NCBI GenBank assembly: GCA_002794465.1
Contig: MTSL01000205.1
Coordinates: 54,229-86,228, forward strand
From: Paramicrosporidium saccamoebae KSL3
Lineage: Eukaryota > Fungi > Cryptomycota
Length of the DNA stretch: 32,000 bases
Direction of reading: 5' to 3'
Shown here: positions 20,260 to 30,915 of the stretch, in pieces
Numbering within the stretch: the first letter of the stretch is position 1
Layout: every line of letters begins with the position of its first letter
Made by a program: the position numbers and the translations under genes
Notes under the pieces: generated by a model
Databases searched by the model: none
The model's input: the letters and a program-made list of their open reading frames with translations, nothing else
Told to the model about the DNA's origin: nothing

Positions 20260-22593
20260 TCAGAAACTATCCGAACTCTCCATCGAAAGACTTGCCAGGG
20301 GCAGTAACGTCAATATATCTTGGCTTGGTTGGGACATGTCGGGATTGATAAGAGTATTCCATTTCAAAACGCGTTCGCATCCCTGCTCAGCAGCCAGATC
20401 AATTTCAATCTGATTCAAGGCCCAGCCAGGTTTAAATCCGTCCAGAGAATCTGGATGATATCGCGTCAGGAACCATTCCAAAGTTTTCAATTTTCCAATT
20501 TTACAGGCTAGATGCAATGCTGCCACGCTTGGCTGGTGCCGTTGAAGATTAGAATTGCTGTAGCACTCCAAAAGATCCACATAGCCGCTCGTAGCGGCAG
20601 TATTGACTTCATCTTGGGTCAATGTCCAGCCGGGAGTGACAGCGGTGTACAATTCAAGATTGGCGCAACGTCCTGATCTGCATGTCTCGTTCACTACATC
20701 CAAAGCTGGTCGGGGCATTACGCTGTTGACACTGGTACGGGCAGCCCATTCCAAAACGCGCACGTATCCTTTTACAGTGGCATGGTCGATAATGTTTCGT
20801 GGCACTTTCCATTCATATCTGGGCAAGGATGGATGTCTTGTCAGAACCCATTCGAAAGCTCCCAAAGATCCAAGAATCGTGGCCATTGCTTTTAGAGTAC
20901 GTCTGCTCGGTGGAGGCATGTTGGGATTAACAGAGGCCCACCATTCCAAAACATTAATACGATTCCATTCTGCGGCCTTATCAATGTCTTCTTGGCTCAA
21001 TGTCCTGCCAAGACCGATTTCGGTAAACCATTTGAGGACGTCTAACTTTCCACGTCTGCAGGCCACATTCCATGCTTTTGCGCTTGGCTGGGTCATTTGA
21101 TGCTTGTCAAGATTGTATTGCCACTGCAAAATGACCACTTGTCCATACTCAATAGCAGTATCCATGTTGTCTTGATTCATTACCCAGCTGGGATTGACCG
21201 AGGTGTGCCACTTTAAAATGTCAATATGGCCCCGTTTAATGCAACGACAAATGTCACTTTCACTCAGCATCCAGTCATGGTCAATGGCGGCGTACCATTT
21301 AAGACTTTGTATACGATTGTTCTTGATGGCTTTAATCACCGCAGTTGCACTTGGTCGAGGCATTTCGGGATTGATACCTGAGTACCATTCCAGGATGCGT
21401 ACACTTCCACTAGCAGTAGCGACATCAATGTACTCTTGACTCAATGTCCAATCAGGATTGGTGGACTCGTACCATTGGAGAACTTCCAAATAGTCACGGT
21501 TGCAAACCTCAGTTAGTGTTGCGACATCCAGTAAAAGCGCTCTAGGAAGCAGAGAGGTGCACCATTTAAAAACATGCATATAGCCGTTTATAGCTGCTTT
21601 TGGGATATACTTCAGATTCAACTTCCAGCCAGGCTTGAATTCGTTTACACGATCACTGTAATATCGAGAGAGATACCACTCGATAACTTGTAAATTTTCC
21701 CCCTCATATGCCAACGTTAGCGCACTATGACTCAGAGGAGGCATTGCAGGATCAATACTCAAATACCAATTCAAAACGTCCGTACCACAGTATATGCTGG
21801 CAGCTTTATCGACATCCCTCTGACTAATGGTCCAGCTCGGATTGTATGAACGAATACGATGGAGAATATTTGACTTGCCGTGATTAGTCAAGATCTCAAG
21901 ACTATAGATAGAGGGCACTCTCCCTACTTTTTCCAAGAGGAATAGCACGCTGTCATCTGGCTCCAAGTCTTCAATTGCATTGTCTAAATCCTTCATGCAT
22001 GGCGTCCATAGTCCTTCGTCAATCAATGATTGAAGGAAAGTAATGTTTCCTTCAGAAAGTGCATAACTCGGTCTGCAGGTGAAAGCAATGCTACGCTCTT
22101 TCAATAATCTCGCCAGTCGCAACGTGTGGGGATACATCAAGCGAAACTTTGCATTCTCGAATGCAGACAGATCAGACAGAGTTCCTGCAATATTGATGGC
22201 GTCATGCTGAAGTAAACCACTTGGTTCTAGTACTTTTTCACGCAATTTAGGTGGTAGTGTTTCAAGCAAGCTCGGATTATCAGCAAGTATAATAGAGGAA
22301 ATATTGGCTCCCAGTTCCTCCTCCGAGACCAAGGTGGCGCACCACAAAGTGCCAAAATACTTGGCATAACACCATACACGCTCTTCAGCTGTCCTTTGCG
22401 ATAGGTCAGGGACCCTCTCAAAGATGCCTTTGGAGACACGCTCAACAACTTCCTTCACAGTCATCTGGAATTCGCCAAAGGGGCAATGTCCAGACAAGCG
22501 TTGGAGTAGCTGCTGCTCATTAAGGTCCTTTAAACCAGCTCCCGAGATGGAACCCAGAAACAGGGAAAGACAAGCAACGAGCGACACTTTCAT
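20260..22593 (-). CDS. Secreted ankyrin-like repeat protein, paralog 1 (777 aa)
   Basis: Intronless. Signal peptide MKVSLVACLSLFLGSISG; repeats of the form WTLSQ..D.A...G...ILEWY..INP.MP.PS. Confidence 0.8.
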   Translation of the reverse strand: MKVSLVACLSLFLGSISGAGLKDLNEQQLLQRLSGHCPFGEFQMTVKEVVERVSKGIFERVPDLSQRTAEERVWCYAKYFGTLWCATLVSEEELGANISSIILADNPSLLETLPPKLREKVLEPSGLLQHDAINIAGTLSDLSAFENAKFRLMYPHTLRLARLLKERSIAFTCRPSYALSEGNITFLQSLIDEGLWTPCMKDLDNAIEDLEPDDSVLFLLEKVGRVPSIYSLEILTNHGKSNILHRIRSYNPSWTISQRDVDKAASIYCGTDVLNWYLSIDPAMPPLSHSALTLAYEGENLQVIEWYLSRYYSDRVNEFKPGWKLNLKYIPKAAINGYMHVFKWCTSLLPRALLLDVATLTEVCNRDYLEVLQWYESTNPDWTLSQEYIDVATASGSVRILEWYSGINPEMPRPSATAVIKAIKNNRIQSLKWYAAIDHDWMLSESDICRCIKRGHIDILKWHTSVNPSWVMNQDNMDTAIEYGQVVILQWQYNLDKHQMTQPSAKAWNVACRRGKLDVLKWFTEIGLGRTLSQEDIDKAAEWNRINVLEWWASVNPNMPPPSRRTLKAMATILGSLGAFEWVLTRHPSLPRYEWKVPRNIIDHATVKGYVRVLEWAARTSVNSVMPRPALDVVNETCRSGRCANLELYTAVTPGWTLTQDEVNTAATSGYVDLLECYSNSNLQRHQPSVAALHLACKIGKLKTLEWFLTRYHPDSLDGFKPGWALNQIEIDLAAEQGCERVLKWNTLINPDMSQPSQDILTLLPLASLSMESSDSF

Positions 22594-22751
22594 GACTGAC
22601 AGGGTGAACTGATTCAGCCACCAGATTAAATATATGCAGGTGTTCTAAACTAAGGATTCCCTAATGACGTCCCTGAGGCGGAGAGGTAGCGTCTCACAAT
22701 AGGGAATGATTAACAAGGTGCATTTGAGAAATGGTGCACATAGAAGCACAA

Positions 22752-22845
22752 TTGACGTAGCTGGCATTAGCTTATCCGGTTGAGGATAGTGTGCAGGCTT
22801 GTGTTAGCTATGGGATGAGAGACTTGTACTATTTCGAGATGAATG
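22752..22845. repeat. Non-coding block duplicated upstream of both repeat-protein genes (second copy 25467-25560)
   Basis: 94-nt ungapped alignment, 74/94 identical by manual count. Confidence 0.85.
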
Positions 22846-22894
22846 TAAGCTAGCCGCCAGGTTCCTCTGGTGTTGACTGCTCAATTGAAAATTA

Positions 22895-25327
22895 TTATGT
22901 GCTAATTATATATTCAATGAGACCACACGACCAAAACAACGCCAACGTCAACGCCAACAGTGGGACGACAACTGGAGCTAGTCCATCCTCAGGATAACGT
23001 TTAGGCTCCGCTGCACTGTGAGGATTTTCTATAGGGAGCCGTGGCAGTATATCTGCGCTTGGGTGAGGCGGGCCGGGATTGACAAGAGCGTTCCACTTCA
23101 AAACATGTCGACATCCCTGCTCAGCAGCCAGATCAATCTCAAGCTGATTCAAGGCCCAGTCAGGTTTAAATCCATCCAGAGAGTCTTGGTGATACCGCGT
23201 CAAGAACCATTCCAAGCTCCCCAATTCCCCGGTTATACAGGCCAGATGCAGTGCTGTAGCGCTTGGCTCGTGAATTTGGGGATTGAACTTGACATAACAT
23301 TCTAAAAGATCCACAAAACCGCGTGTAGCAGCGTCATTGATTTCATCTTGAGTCAATGTCCAGCCAGGAGTGACAGAGGCATACCATTCGAGATCGGCAC
23401 AACGCCCCAACTTACACATTACGTTCAGCCCCTCTATATCTAGTCGAGGTATTATAACACCGACATTAGCGTGGGCAGCCCAGTTCAGAACATGCACGCC
23501 TCCTATTTCAGCGGCCTTGTCGGCCATACGTTGAGCCCACGTCCAGGAACATCCGAGCAAGAATGTGTGCTTTCGGTGACAGTTTTTCAGAAACCATTCA
23601 AACACTCTTGTATTCTCATGGATCACAATTGCATTCCCCAAAGCAGTTTCGCTTGGTTGAGGCATGTTGGGATCAACAGAGACCCACCACTCCAAGACAT
23701 CCAACTGTCCCTCTTCAGTAGCCACATCAATGTCCTCTTGACTCAATGTCCTACCACGTCCGATTTCCGTAAACCATTCGAGGAATTTCAAATTTCCATT
23801 CTTGCAAGCCACATGCCATACCTCCGCGCTCGGTTTAGTTATTTTACTCTCGTTAAGAGCATATTGCCATTTCAAGATATCCAGTTTCCCGTGTCTAGTG
23901 GCAGTATTAATATTTTTTTCGTCCATTACCCATCTGGGATTAATCAAGGCATGCAACTTTAAGATCTCGATATATCTAAACATAATGCAATAATGGATTT
24001 CTCCTTCATTCAGCATCCAACTATGGTCAACAGTGGCATACCATTTGAGAACTTCTAAATGATTGCTCTTGACAGCCTGATACACTGCAGCTTGGCTTGG
24101 CTGAGGCATTTTAGGATTAATACTTGCATACCATTCTAGAATGCGCGCTTTTCCACACCCAGCAATGTTGTCAACGTTTTCTTGACTCAATGTCCAGTCC
24201 GAATTAACAGAGTAATACCATTGGATAATCTCCAAAAAGCCCTTGCAGCAAACCGCCTCCAGTACGCTGGCGCTTAGCGGAGGCATCTCAGGAAGTAAAA
24301 ATGCGTAGCATTTCAAAACATGTATATGTCCCTTCATAGCTGCCCGCCCGATATGACCTGGATTTAATTCCCAGCTAGGTTGGAATGAGCCTTCACAACC
24401 GCTGTAATATCTGGATAGATACCACTCGATAGCACCTATCCTTTCTTCCCAATGTGCCCTTTGCAACGCAGCAAGGCTTGGGCGAGGCATTTTAGGATCG
24501 ATACTCATATACCAGGTCAAGACTTCCGCACCGTTGGATAGAGTAAGGGCCTTATCCACTTCACTCTGACTTATGGTCCAGTCTTGATTGTATGAACGGA
24601 TGAAACGGAGAGTATCTGACGTGTCGAAACTAACCAAAAATGAAAGAATATCAATAGAAGGCACTCTTCTTAGTTTCTCCAAGAGAAATAGCACGCCACG
24701 TTCCGGCTTCATTAATTTAGTCGCATTTTTCAAGTCATCCATGCACGGCATCCAGAGTCCCTCGTCAAGTAACGATTGAAGAAAAGTAATGTGTGCGTAC
24801 GTCGGCCTGCAAGTGAAAGCAATGCCATGCGCTTTCAGTAATCTCGCCACTCGCAACGTGCTGCGATGATCCACGTCAATCTTCACATCTTTGAATACAG
24901 AGAGATCAGGCAGGCTCTCTGCAATATTGATGGCGTCATACTGAGCTACAGCACTCGGTTCTAGCACTTTTTCACGCAATTCCGGTTGCAAACTTTCAAG
25001 CACACTCGGATTATCAGCCATGAGAATGGAATGGGTATTGTCTCTCAATTCCTCTTCCGAGGCCAAGGTGGCGCACCGAGGAGTGCCATAATACTTAGCA
25101 TAACACCATACGCGCTCTTCAGCTGTCCTTTGGGACATTTCAGGGACCCTCTCAAAGATGCCTTTGGAGGCACGCTCAAAGATTTCTTCCACAAGCATTT
25201 GGAATCTATCGAGGGAACATTTTTCAAGCAAACCCAGAAGTAGCTGCCCATTATCAAGGCTCTTTAAACCCGCTCCAGATATGCATCCTAGGAGCAGATG
25301 AAGGCATGCAATTAACGACACTTTCAT
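22895..25327 (-). CDS. Secreted or membrane-anchored ankyrin-like repeat protein, paralog 2 (810 aa)
   Basis: Collinear paralog of 20260-22593 with a signal peptide, the same repeats and an extra hydrophobic C-terminus PVVVPLLALTLALFWSCGLI. Confidence 0.8.
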   Translation of the reverse strand: MKVSLIACLHLLLGCISGAGLKSLDNGQLLLGLLEKCSLDRFQMLVEEIFERASKGIFERVPEMSQRTAEERVWCYAKYYGTPRCATLASEEELRDNTHSILMADNPSVLESLQPELREKVLEPSAVAQYDAINIAESLPDLSVFKDVKIDVDHRSTLRVARLLKAHGIAFTCRPTYAHITFLQSLLDEGLWMPCMDDLKNATKLMKPERGVLFLLEKLRRVPSIDILSFLVSFDTSDTLRFIRSYNQDWTISQSEVDKALTLSNGAEVLTWYMSIDPKMPRPSLAALQRAHWEERIGAIEWYLSRYYSGCEGSFQPSWELNPGHIGRAAMKGHIHVLKCYAFLLPEMPPLSASVLEAVCCKGFLEIIQWYYSVNSDWTLSQENVDNIAGCGKARILEWYASINPKMPQPSQAAVYQAVKSNHLEVLKWYATVDHSWMLNEGEIHYCIMFRYIEILKLHALINPRWVMDEKNINTATRHGKLDILKWQYALNESKITKPSAEVWHVACKNGNLKFLEWFTEIGRGRTLSQEDIDVATEEGQLDVLEWWVSVDPNMPQPSETALGNAIVIHENTRVFEWFLKNCHRKHTFLLGCSWTWAQRMADKAAEIGGVHVLNWAAHANVGVIIPRLDIEGLNVMCKLGRCADLEWYASVTPGWTLTQDEINDAATRGFVDLLECYVKFNPQIHEPSATALHLACITGELGSLEWFLTRYHQDSLDGFKPDWALNQLEIDLAAEQGCRHVLKWNALVNPGPPHPSADILPRLPIENPHSAAEPKRYPEDGLAPVVVPLLALTLALFWSCGLIEYIIST

Positions 25328-25673
25328 GGCTGGTAAAGTGAATTAATTTAGCCACCAGTTTATAATAAAGATTCTTTACTGGCGCTCCTGAGTCATAGAT
25401 ATGTCATCTCACAAAAGGAACTAGTTAATATGGATCACCTGAGAAAGGGTGTAAATAGAGACATAATGGACGTGGCTGACGTCAGTTTATCCAGTCGAGG
25501 ATAGTGAACAGACTTGTGCTAGCTACAAGTTGAGAGATTTGTATTATTTCGAGACAAATGCTTCACAAATTACACCAGCCATTAGTCGACACGGAACGCA
25601 TATATGTATAGCGGACTGGATCTTTGCCTCCATAATCCATTACTTAATTTCACGATTAGCACATCTCGCAACT

Positions 25674-28600
25674 TTATTTTGCACTGCTGGTGGTACGGAC
25701 GAGATCGAGCAAATTGGCATTTTTCTTGGGAATCCCACCAAAGTAGCCTACGAGTTATATTACCACTTCAGCCCATAAAGTACCTCGACGTCGAAGGAAG
25801 CGGCGAATAAATTCATATATAATTAGGAGGATGCCAGCACCGACGGGTGCCAGTAAAGCGACGAATGGTACCGGTCCGCCACCCAGAACAACGTTGTTCA
25901 ATCCCGGAATGTATACCACCATCAACGCCACCACAATAGCAGTGCCTCCTCCGATGTAGGTAAACTTGTTCCTAAGCAAATTAACAATCGATCCCAACAG
26001 TACTTGAACATGTCCCAGCCATACGGATAAGAATACCGATGCTTGGTCACCCACAGATTGAACAGCTGGCAAATGACAATTCCCATAAAGTATGCCGATT
26101 GGGACGATCCGGAAATGGCAATTTGTTTGTCGGCGTTGGCAATGGTGTTATTGGTCAGTCGGAGGGATGGAGCACCGAGCTTCCAATATGTTTTGGCCGA
26201 TCCCATTAACATGTCAAAGGGCACACTATACCACACCAACACAATCAGATAAGCAGCAAAGCATCCGATGGCTTCAATGATTCCACCCTGTCCGTAGCAC
26301 CAGAAGAGCATGTCCGAATCCAACAGCACTTCCCCCGTGTCGTCCCGCTTAAATGGCTTGCAGATGCGGTTCCAGCTGGCACGGATCCATCCCGGCTTGG
26401 ACGGCGCCACGCCCGTTTCAATGTCTCGGGCGATGGGGGCCGGCTGGCAGAGGACCTTGCGGGGCGGCACCAACATCAGATCGCCCTCTGGCGGCTCAAA
26501 AGCAAACGACAGAGCCGGCCCCAACTCGGATACCAAATCCACCATGAGGATCAGCAGCGAATTAATGGGGAGAGGAATGGCAAAGATGATAAATACCACA
26601 AAGGCAATCACCTCTGACGTCATATGGGTCAGAGTGTATCTAATGCTCTTCTTTAGGTTGGCAAAGATCAGTCGCCCTATATATGATTGCATTGCAAAGG
26701 GTTTCTACCTTCGGCGATTCCATGCACAATGGAAGCAAAGTTGTCATCAAGGAGAATCATTTCCGCCGCTTCCTTGGACACATCGGATGCCGTCTTGTTC
26801 ATGGAAATGCCCAGATCGGCCTTTTTCAGGGCCGGACTGTCATTCACTCCATCCCCAGATACGCCCACAATATGGCCTTTGTTCTGGAACCGCGTGACAA
26901 TCTCCAGCTTCTGTTTCGGCGAGGTGCGAGCAAACACAATCTCTTTCTGTGACAGAATCCGATCCCAATCGGCATCTGCAAGCAGCTCTAACTTTTCACC
27001 ATGCACCACCACAGCATCGTATTCATCCTCGTTAACTAGTTCCATTGGTTTCTGCAGCTTTAGGGATGCATCCATGATAGTGTCCCCAGAAATGAGTCCA
27101 ATTTGTCGGGCAATCGATTCGGCCGTCAGAGGATGATCGCCCGTAACCATTACTATCTGGATTCCTGCCGTCCTGCATGCCGCAATGGCTTTCCGGACGC
27201 CATGTTTGGGAGGGTCCATGATAGCAACCAGACCGATGAAAACAAAGGTGTCCATGGGGATATCGCATGGATCACGGGTAAACACGTGGCCCTCGGGAAA
27301 TTTGTCTTCAGCAAGCTCTTGTAAAGCCAAGGCCAGCACTCTCCGCCCTCTAATGGCAAAATGCTCGTAGGCTTCATTGAATTTTGCCTCAATCTCCTCA
27401 TCCCAAGGAACCTGCTGATCGCCCATCTGAATGGACTTGCACATTTTCGCCACCCTTTCTGGCGCACCCTTTACAAAGGATATATGCCGACCGTCAATCC
27501 GATGCACTGTCAGATGCCACTTTGTTAGGGAGCTGAATGGAATCTCGAATACTTTCCGATGCGCGTCCTGCTCTTCCGGCGCATTCACATAGTGACACGC
27601 AAATCGGAGCAATCCAACTTCAGTTGCATCGCCAAGGATGGTGCGTTCTGCCAGCGGCTTGTCTGCCTCGGATTCACTAAATTTGGACTTGCAACAGAGA
27701 GCACACGCCTGCACCAATTGGGAAAGATTGGGCACTTTGGGATCTAACGGTGTGTCTGGTCCCATCTCTCCAGTGGAGAAGAATGCCCCGTTCAGCCAGG
27801 TGCCGACCACGGTCATTTTGTTCTGAGTCAAGGTGCCCGTCTTGTCAGTTGCCAACAGAGTGATTGATCCGAGGGTTTCTACTGCATGCAAATTCTTCAC
27901 AAGAACATTCTGTTGGGCCATCTTTTTCGCAGCAATCGTCAGCAACGTCTATAGATGAGACTGTATTGCATCAGTAATACCGAAACAGTCACAGGCAGCC
28001 CTTGTGGTACATATGCCACAAAGATTCCAATCGCAAAGCTAAATGTGATCCCAAGATCGTAGCCCAGAACCAGTCCAACAATAAAAAAGATTATTGCCGT
28101 AAGTATCGCCACCACTGCAATCTTTCGAACAAAGAGATCAATTTCCTTGGTTAGTTGGCTGTGTGGCGCCTTTTCTCCAATGGTTAATTTGGCAATCTGT
28201 CCCAGAATGCTCTGATCGCCAGTGCGAATGACCAGTCCATAACCCTCTCCATGCGCGACGGTAGTTCCACTGAACACCAAATTGCTGGCCTCTAACGGAT
28301 TTTCGCTTCCCATGGAAAGACTACGTTCCTGCGCCTCACTTTCGCCTGTAATTGAGGAATTGTCGACCTTGAGATCTGTCACGCTGAATAGACGACAATC
28401 GGCGGGGATCTTGTCCCCAGCCTTAATGTAGAGCACATCCCCCTTGACGATGGAAGCTGCTGGGATTGAATGCAGCGCCTGGGCACGGATGACGGTGGCC
28501 TCGGGTGGGACAAGCGACATGAACGACTCGAGAATGGCAGCCGTCTGATATTGTTGATAAAAGTCGATGAATGCATTCACACTGGCCACCACAATAAGGA

Positions 28601-29048
28601 TGATCCCCAAGTAGAGCTACACCATCAAAGGACAAAACGGAAGCTACATTGACCATGGATGACGGATCGATGGCAAATAAAATAAACGACATGATCCCGC
28701 TGACAATGAGCAAAACATTGAACAGACCGAGCAGTTGTTTGAAAAAGAGCAACCAGGTTGATTCCTTCTTAGGAGGGGTGATGGAATTGGGACCACCGCA
28801 GCCGAGTCTTTCAAGTGCCTCCTCCTCTCCCACACCCTACAGCCTCAGAGAGGAGAGAAGAGATAAAGTACGATGCTCTTGTTGGGATTCAGTGGGTCCA
28901 CCTTGACATTGTATCTCTCAGCGACCATCTCCACTGACAATCGGTGCTCATCCTACACACTTTTACGGATTGAATGACCGCGTACGACATTGATAGACTG
29001 AAAAGTCTCTACAACAGCACTCTCCACCCCACCAACCTCCTCAGTCAT
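25674..29048 (-). CDS. P2C-type (Na+/K+- or H+/K+-like) P-type ATPase alpha subunit, ~1047 aa
   Basis: Seven introns (28953-28985, 28837-28871, 28617-28647, 27949-27980, 26677-26708, 25972-26003, 25748-25783) give one frame. Motifs: DEHRLS, GPNSITPP, VDNSSITGESE, DKTGTLTQN, KGAPE, MVTGDH, GDGVNDSPALKKAD and YGQGGIIEA. The last exon is the least certain. Confidence 0.9.
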
Positions 29049-29179
29049 GCGTCCCGGTAATGCATTCTACCCATTTATGGCACTGCATTAACACTGTTAA
29101 CTTTTTCCTTAGAACATGATCAGCTGAGGAAGAAAGTCTATTCATAAAATAGTCAGTTGAGGGAGAGAGATGGTTTGAT

Positions 29180-29201
29180 TTGAATTGAATTGAATTGAAT
29201 T
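29180..29201. repeat. (TTGAA)n microsatellite, ~4 copies
   Basis: TTGAATTGAATTGAATTGAATT seen directly. Confidence 0.8.
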
Positions 29202-29287
29202 GGCATAATTATGAAAATCTTGACACTAGGGCTTGACATTCAAGATTAATACTCGAGCTGGTTCAAATCATTGCATAAATACAGTGT

Positions 29288-29650
29288 TTATTTCTGGTTG
29301 ACAGTGCATTTCTGGTTGACAGTGCATTTCCGGTTGGCAGTGCATTTCCGGTTGGCAGTGCATTTCCGACAGTACCATTGTGTCCTGTCGTCTGTTACTA
29401 CAGCGGGATTAATGATCGGTCGGTGACAGCTTTGGTGGTAGACGGAGAGACAGCCATCGCACCGAACAATTCTATTCTCGTCGGTTTGGTCGTTAGCCTG
29501 ACAGAGACAGCAGGCTTGGCTGTCCACCCAATTCTCTGGGTCCGGCCTCTGGGTGGGCACATAGAGGTTAAAGTGACACATTACGTGTTGCTCCAGCTCG
29601 GAAATGGTCCAAAAGACGGTGCCACACTCCTGCCATTCGCATTTGAACAT
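29288..29650 (-). CDS. Small C2H2 zinc finger + PHD finger protein
   Basis: FKCEWQECGTVF...LEQHVMCH (C2H2) and CCLC...IVRCDGCLSVYHQSCH...WYCRKC (C4HC3 PHD). The start could be an upstream in-frame ATG. Confidence 0.75.
   Translation of the reverse strand: MFKCEWQECGTVFWTISELEQHVMCHFNLYVPTQRPDPENWVDSQACCLCQANDQTDENRIVRCDGCLSVYHQSCHRPIINPAVVTDDRTQWYCRKCTANRKCTANRKCTVNQKCTVNQK
29291..29368. repeat. 18-bp coding tandem repeat, 4.3 copies
   Basis: TTTCTGGTTGACAGTGCA x2 followed by TTTCCGGTTGGCAGTGCA x2. On the minus strand this encodes KCTANR KCTANR KCTVNQ KCTVNQ K. Confidence 0.95.
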
Positions 29651-29669
29651 CCGATGGACTTTGCCACCC

Positions 29670-30695
29670 ATGTCCGTCCCACTCACATCCATCCAATATA
29701 CACCCTCCACAGGACCGCATCTCCGCGGTCGCACCATTCTCATCACAGGCGCTTCACGCGGCATCGGACGCGCCATTGCGCTGCGGATGGCACGCGACGG
29801 GGCAAATGTGGCCATCCTCGCCAAAACAGTGGACCCGCATGGAAAGCTCCCCGGGACTATTTACACAGTGGCAGAGGAGGTACGTTCGGCAGGGGGACGG
29901 GCATTGCCATTGCAATGCGACATTCGGGACGAGAAACAGGTGGAGGAGGCAGTCCGACGGACAGTGGAGGAGTTTGGGGGCATTGATGTGGTGGTGAACA
30001 ATGCGAGCGCAATTAGTCTGACCAGCAGCGCCAACACGAACATGAAGAAATATGACCTGATGCATGACATTAACGTACGGGGCACATATTGTGTCTCACG
30101 GACTGCCCTTCCATGGCTGCTCAAGTCGTCTTGTGCACATATTCTGTCGCTGTCTCCTCCCTTGTCCATGAAGGGGGGATGGTTTGCACCCCATCCAGCC
30201 TACACCATGTCCAAATACGGAATGTCCATGGTGACCTTGGGATTGGCCGCCGAGTTGGAGGGACGTGTAGCAGTGAATTCCCTCTGGCCCCGTACAGTCA
30301 TTTCAACGTCCGCCCTACAGGCATTTGCAGGGGATCAGCGTACCATTGCGTGGGGGCTGATGTGTAGTGGATGAGTTGCATCGCAAAGCACGGACGGCGG
30401 AAATTATGGCGGACGCCGCCTATTCCATCTTTTGCCAACCCCCAAAGGCCTTTACGTACCACGGTGAATTATTTTAACGCGGATCTAGGGCAGTCTTTGC
30501 CATTGATGAGGCGGTGATGGCGGCCCAGGGAGTGCGGGATCTTGGACTGTATGCCTGTGTGGCCGGTGAGCGTGACTTTGGCACCGGTTATTAGTTGTCT
30601 GAATTTGACCTGTAGATTTGTTCATTGAGGAAAAGGAATACACTGTGCCTCCCATGAAGAAAGTCTTGTCCCCTGGCCAGAAATCCAAGTTGTAA
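29670..30695 (+). CDS. HSDL2: Hydroxysteroid dehydrogenase-like 2 SDR, no SCP2 domain, C-terminal SKL
   Basis: ITGASRGIG, AKT..PHGKLPGTIY, VNNASAI, YTMSKYGMS and NSLWPRT. Introns at 30340-30367, 30456-30488 and 30587-30615 give 311 aa ending KSKL. Confidence 0.88.
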
Positions 30696-30915
30696 ATTGT
30701 CTAGTCCTACATAATAATTGTAACTGAGGTTCGGATCATTATGGTTGCTGTATTATTCGCCGAAAGTTTGCTATACTATCTCAATTTACCCAATACCCGA
30801 CATTCGGTATTCATTATCCTTTAGACTATTCACTCGACACCAAACACCTACTACACTCGCTACTCACGACCCAACAAAACTCACCACTCAAGAACACTCA
30901 ATAATACTCATTGGT

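Noticed and set aside
29651-29824. Extended N-terminus of the PHD ORF overlapping HSDL2
   Set aside because: It is the antisense of the conserved HSDL2 Rossmann motif; not credible as coding beyond the first few codons.
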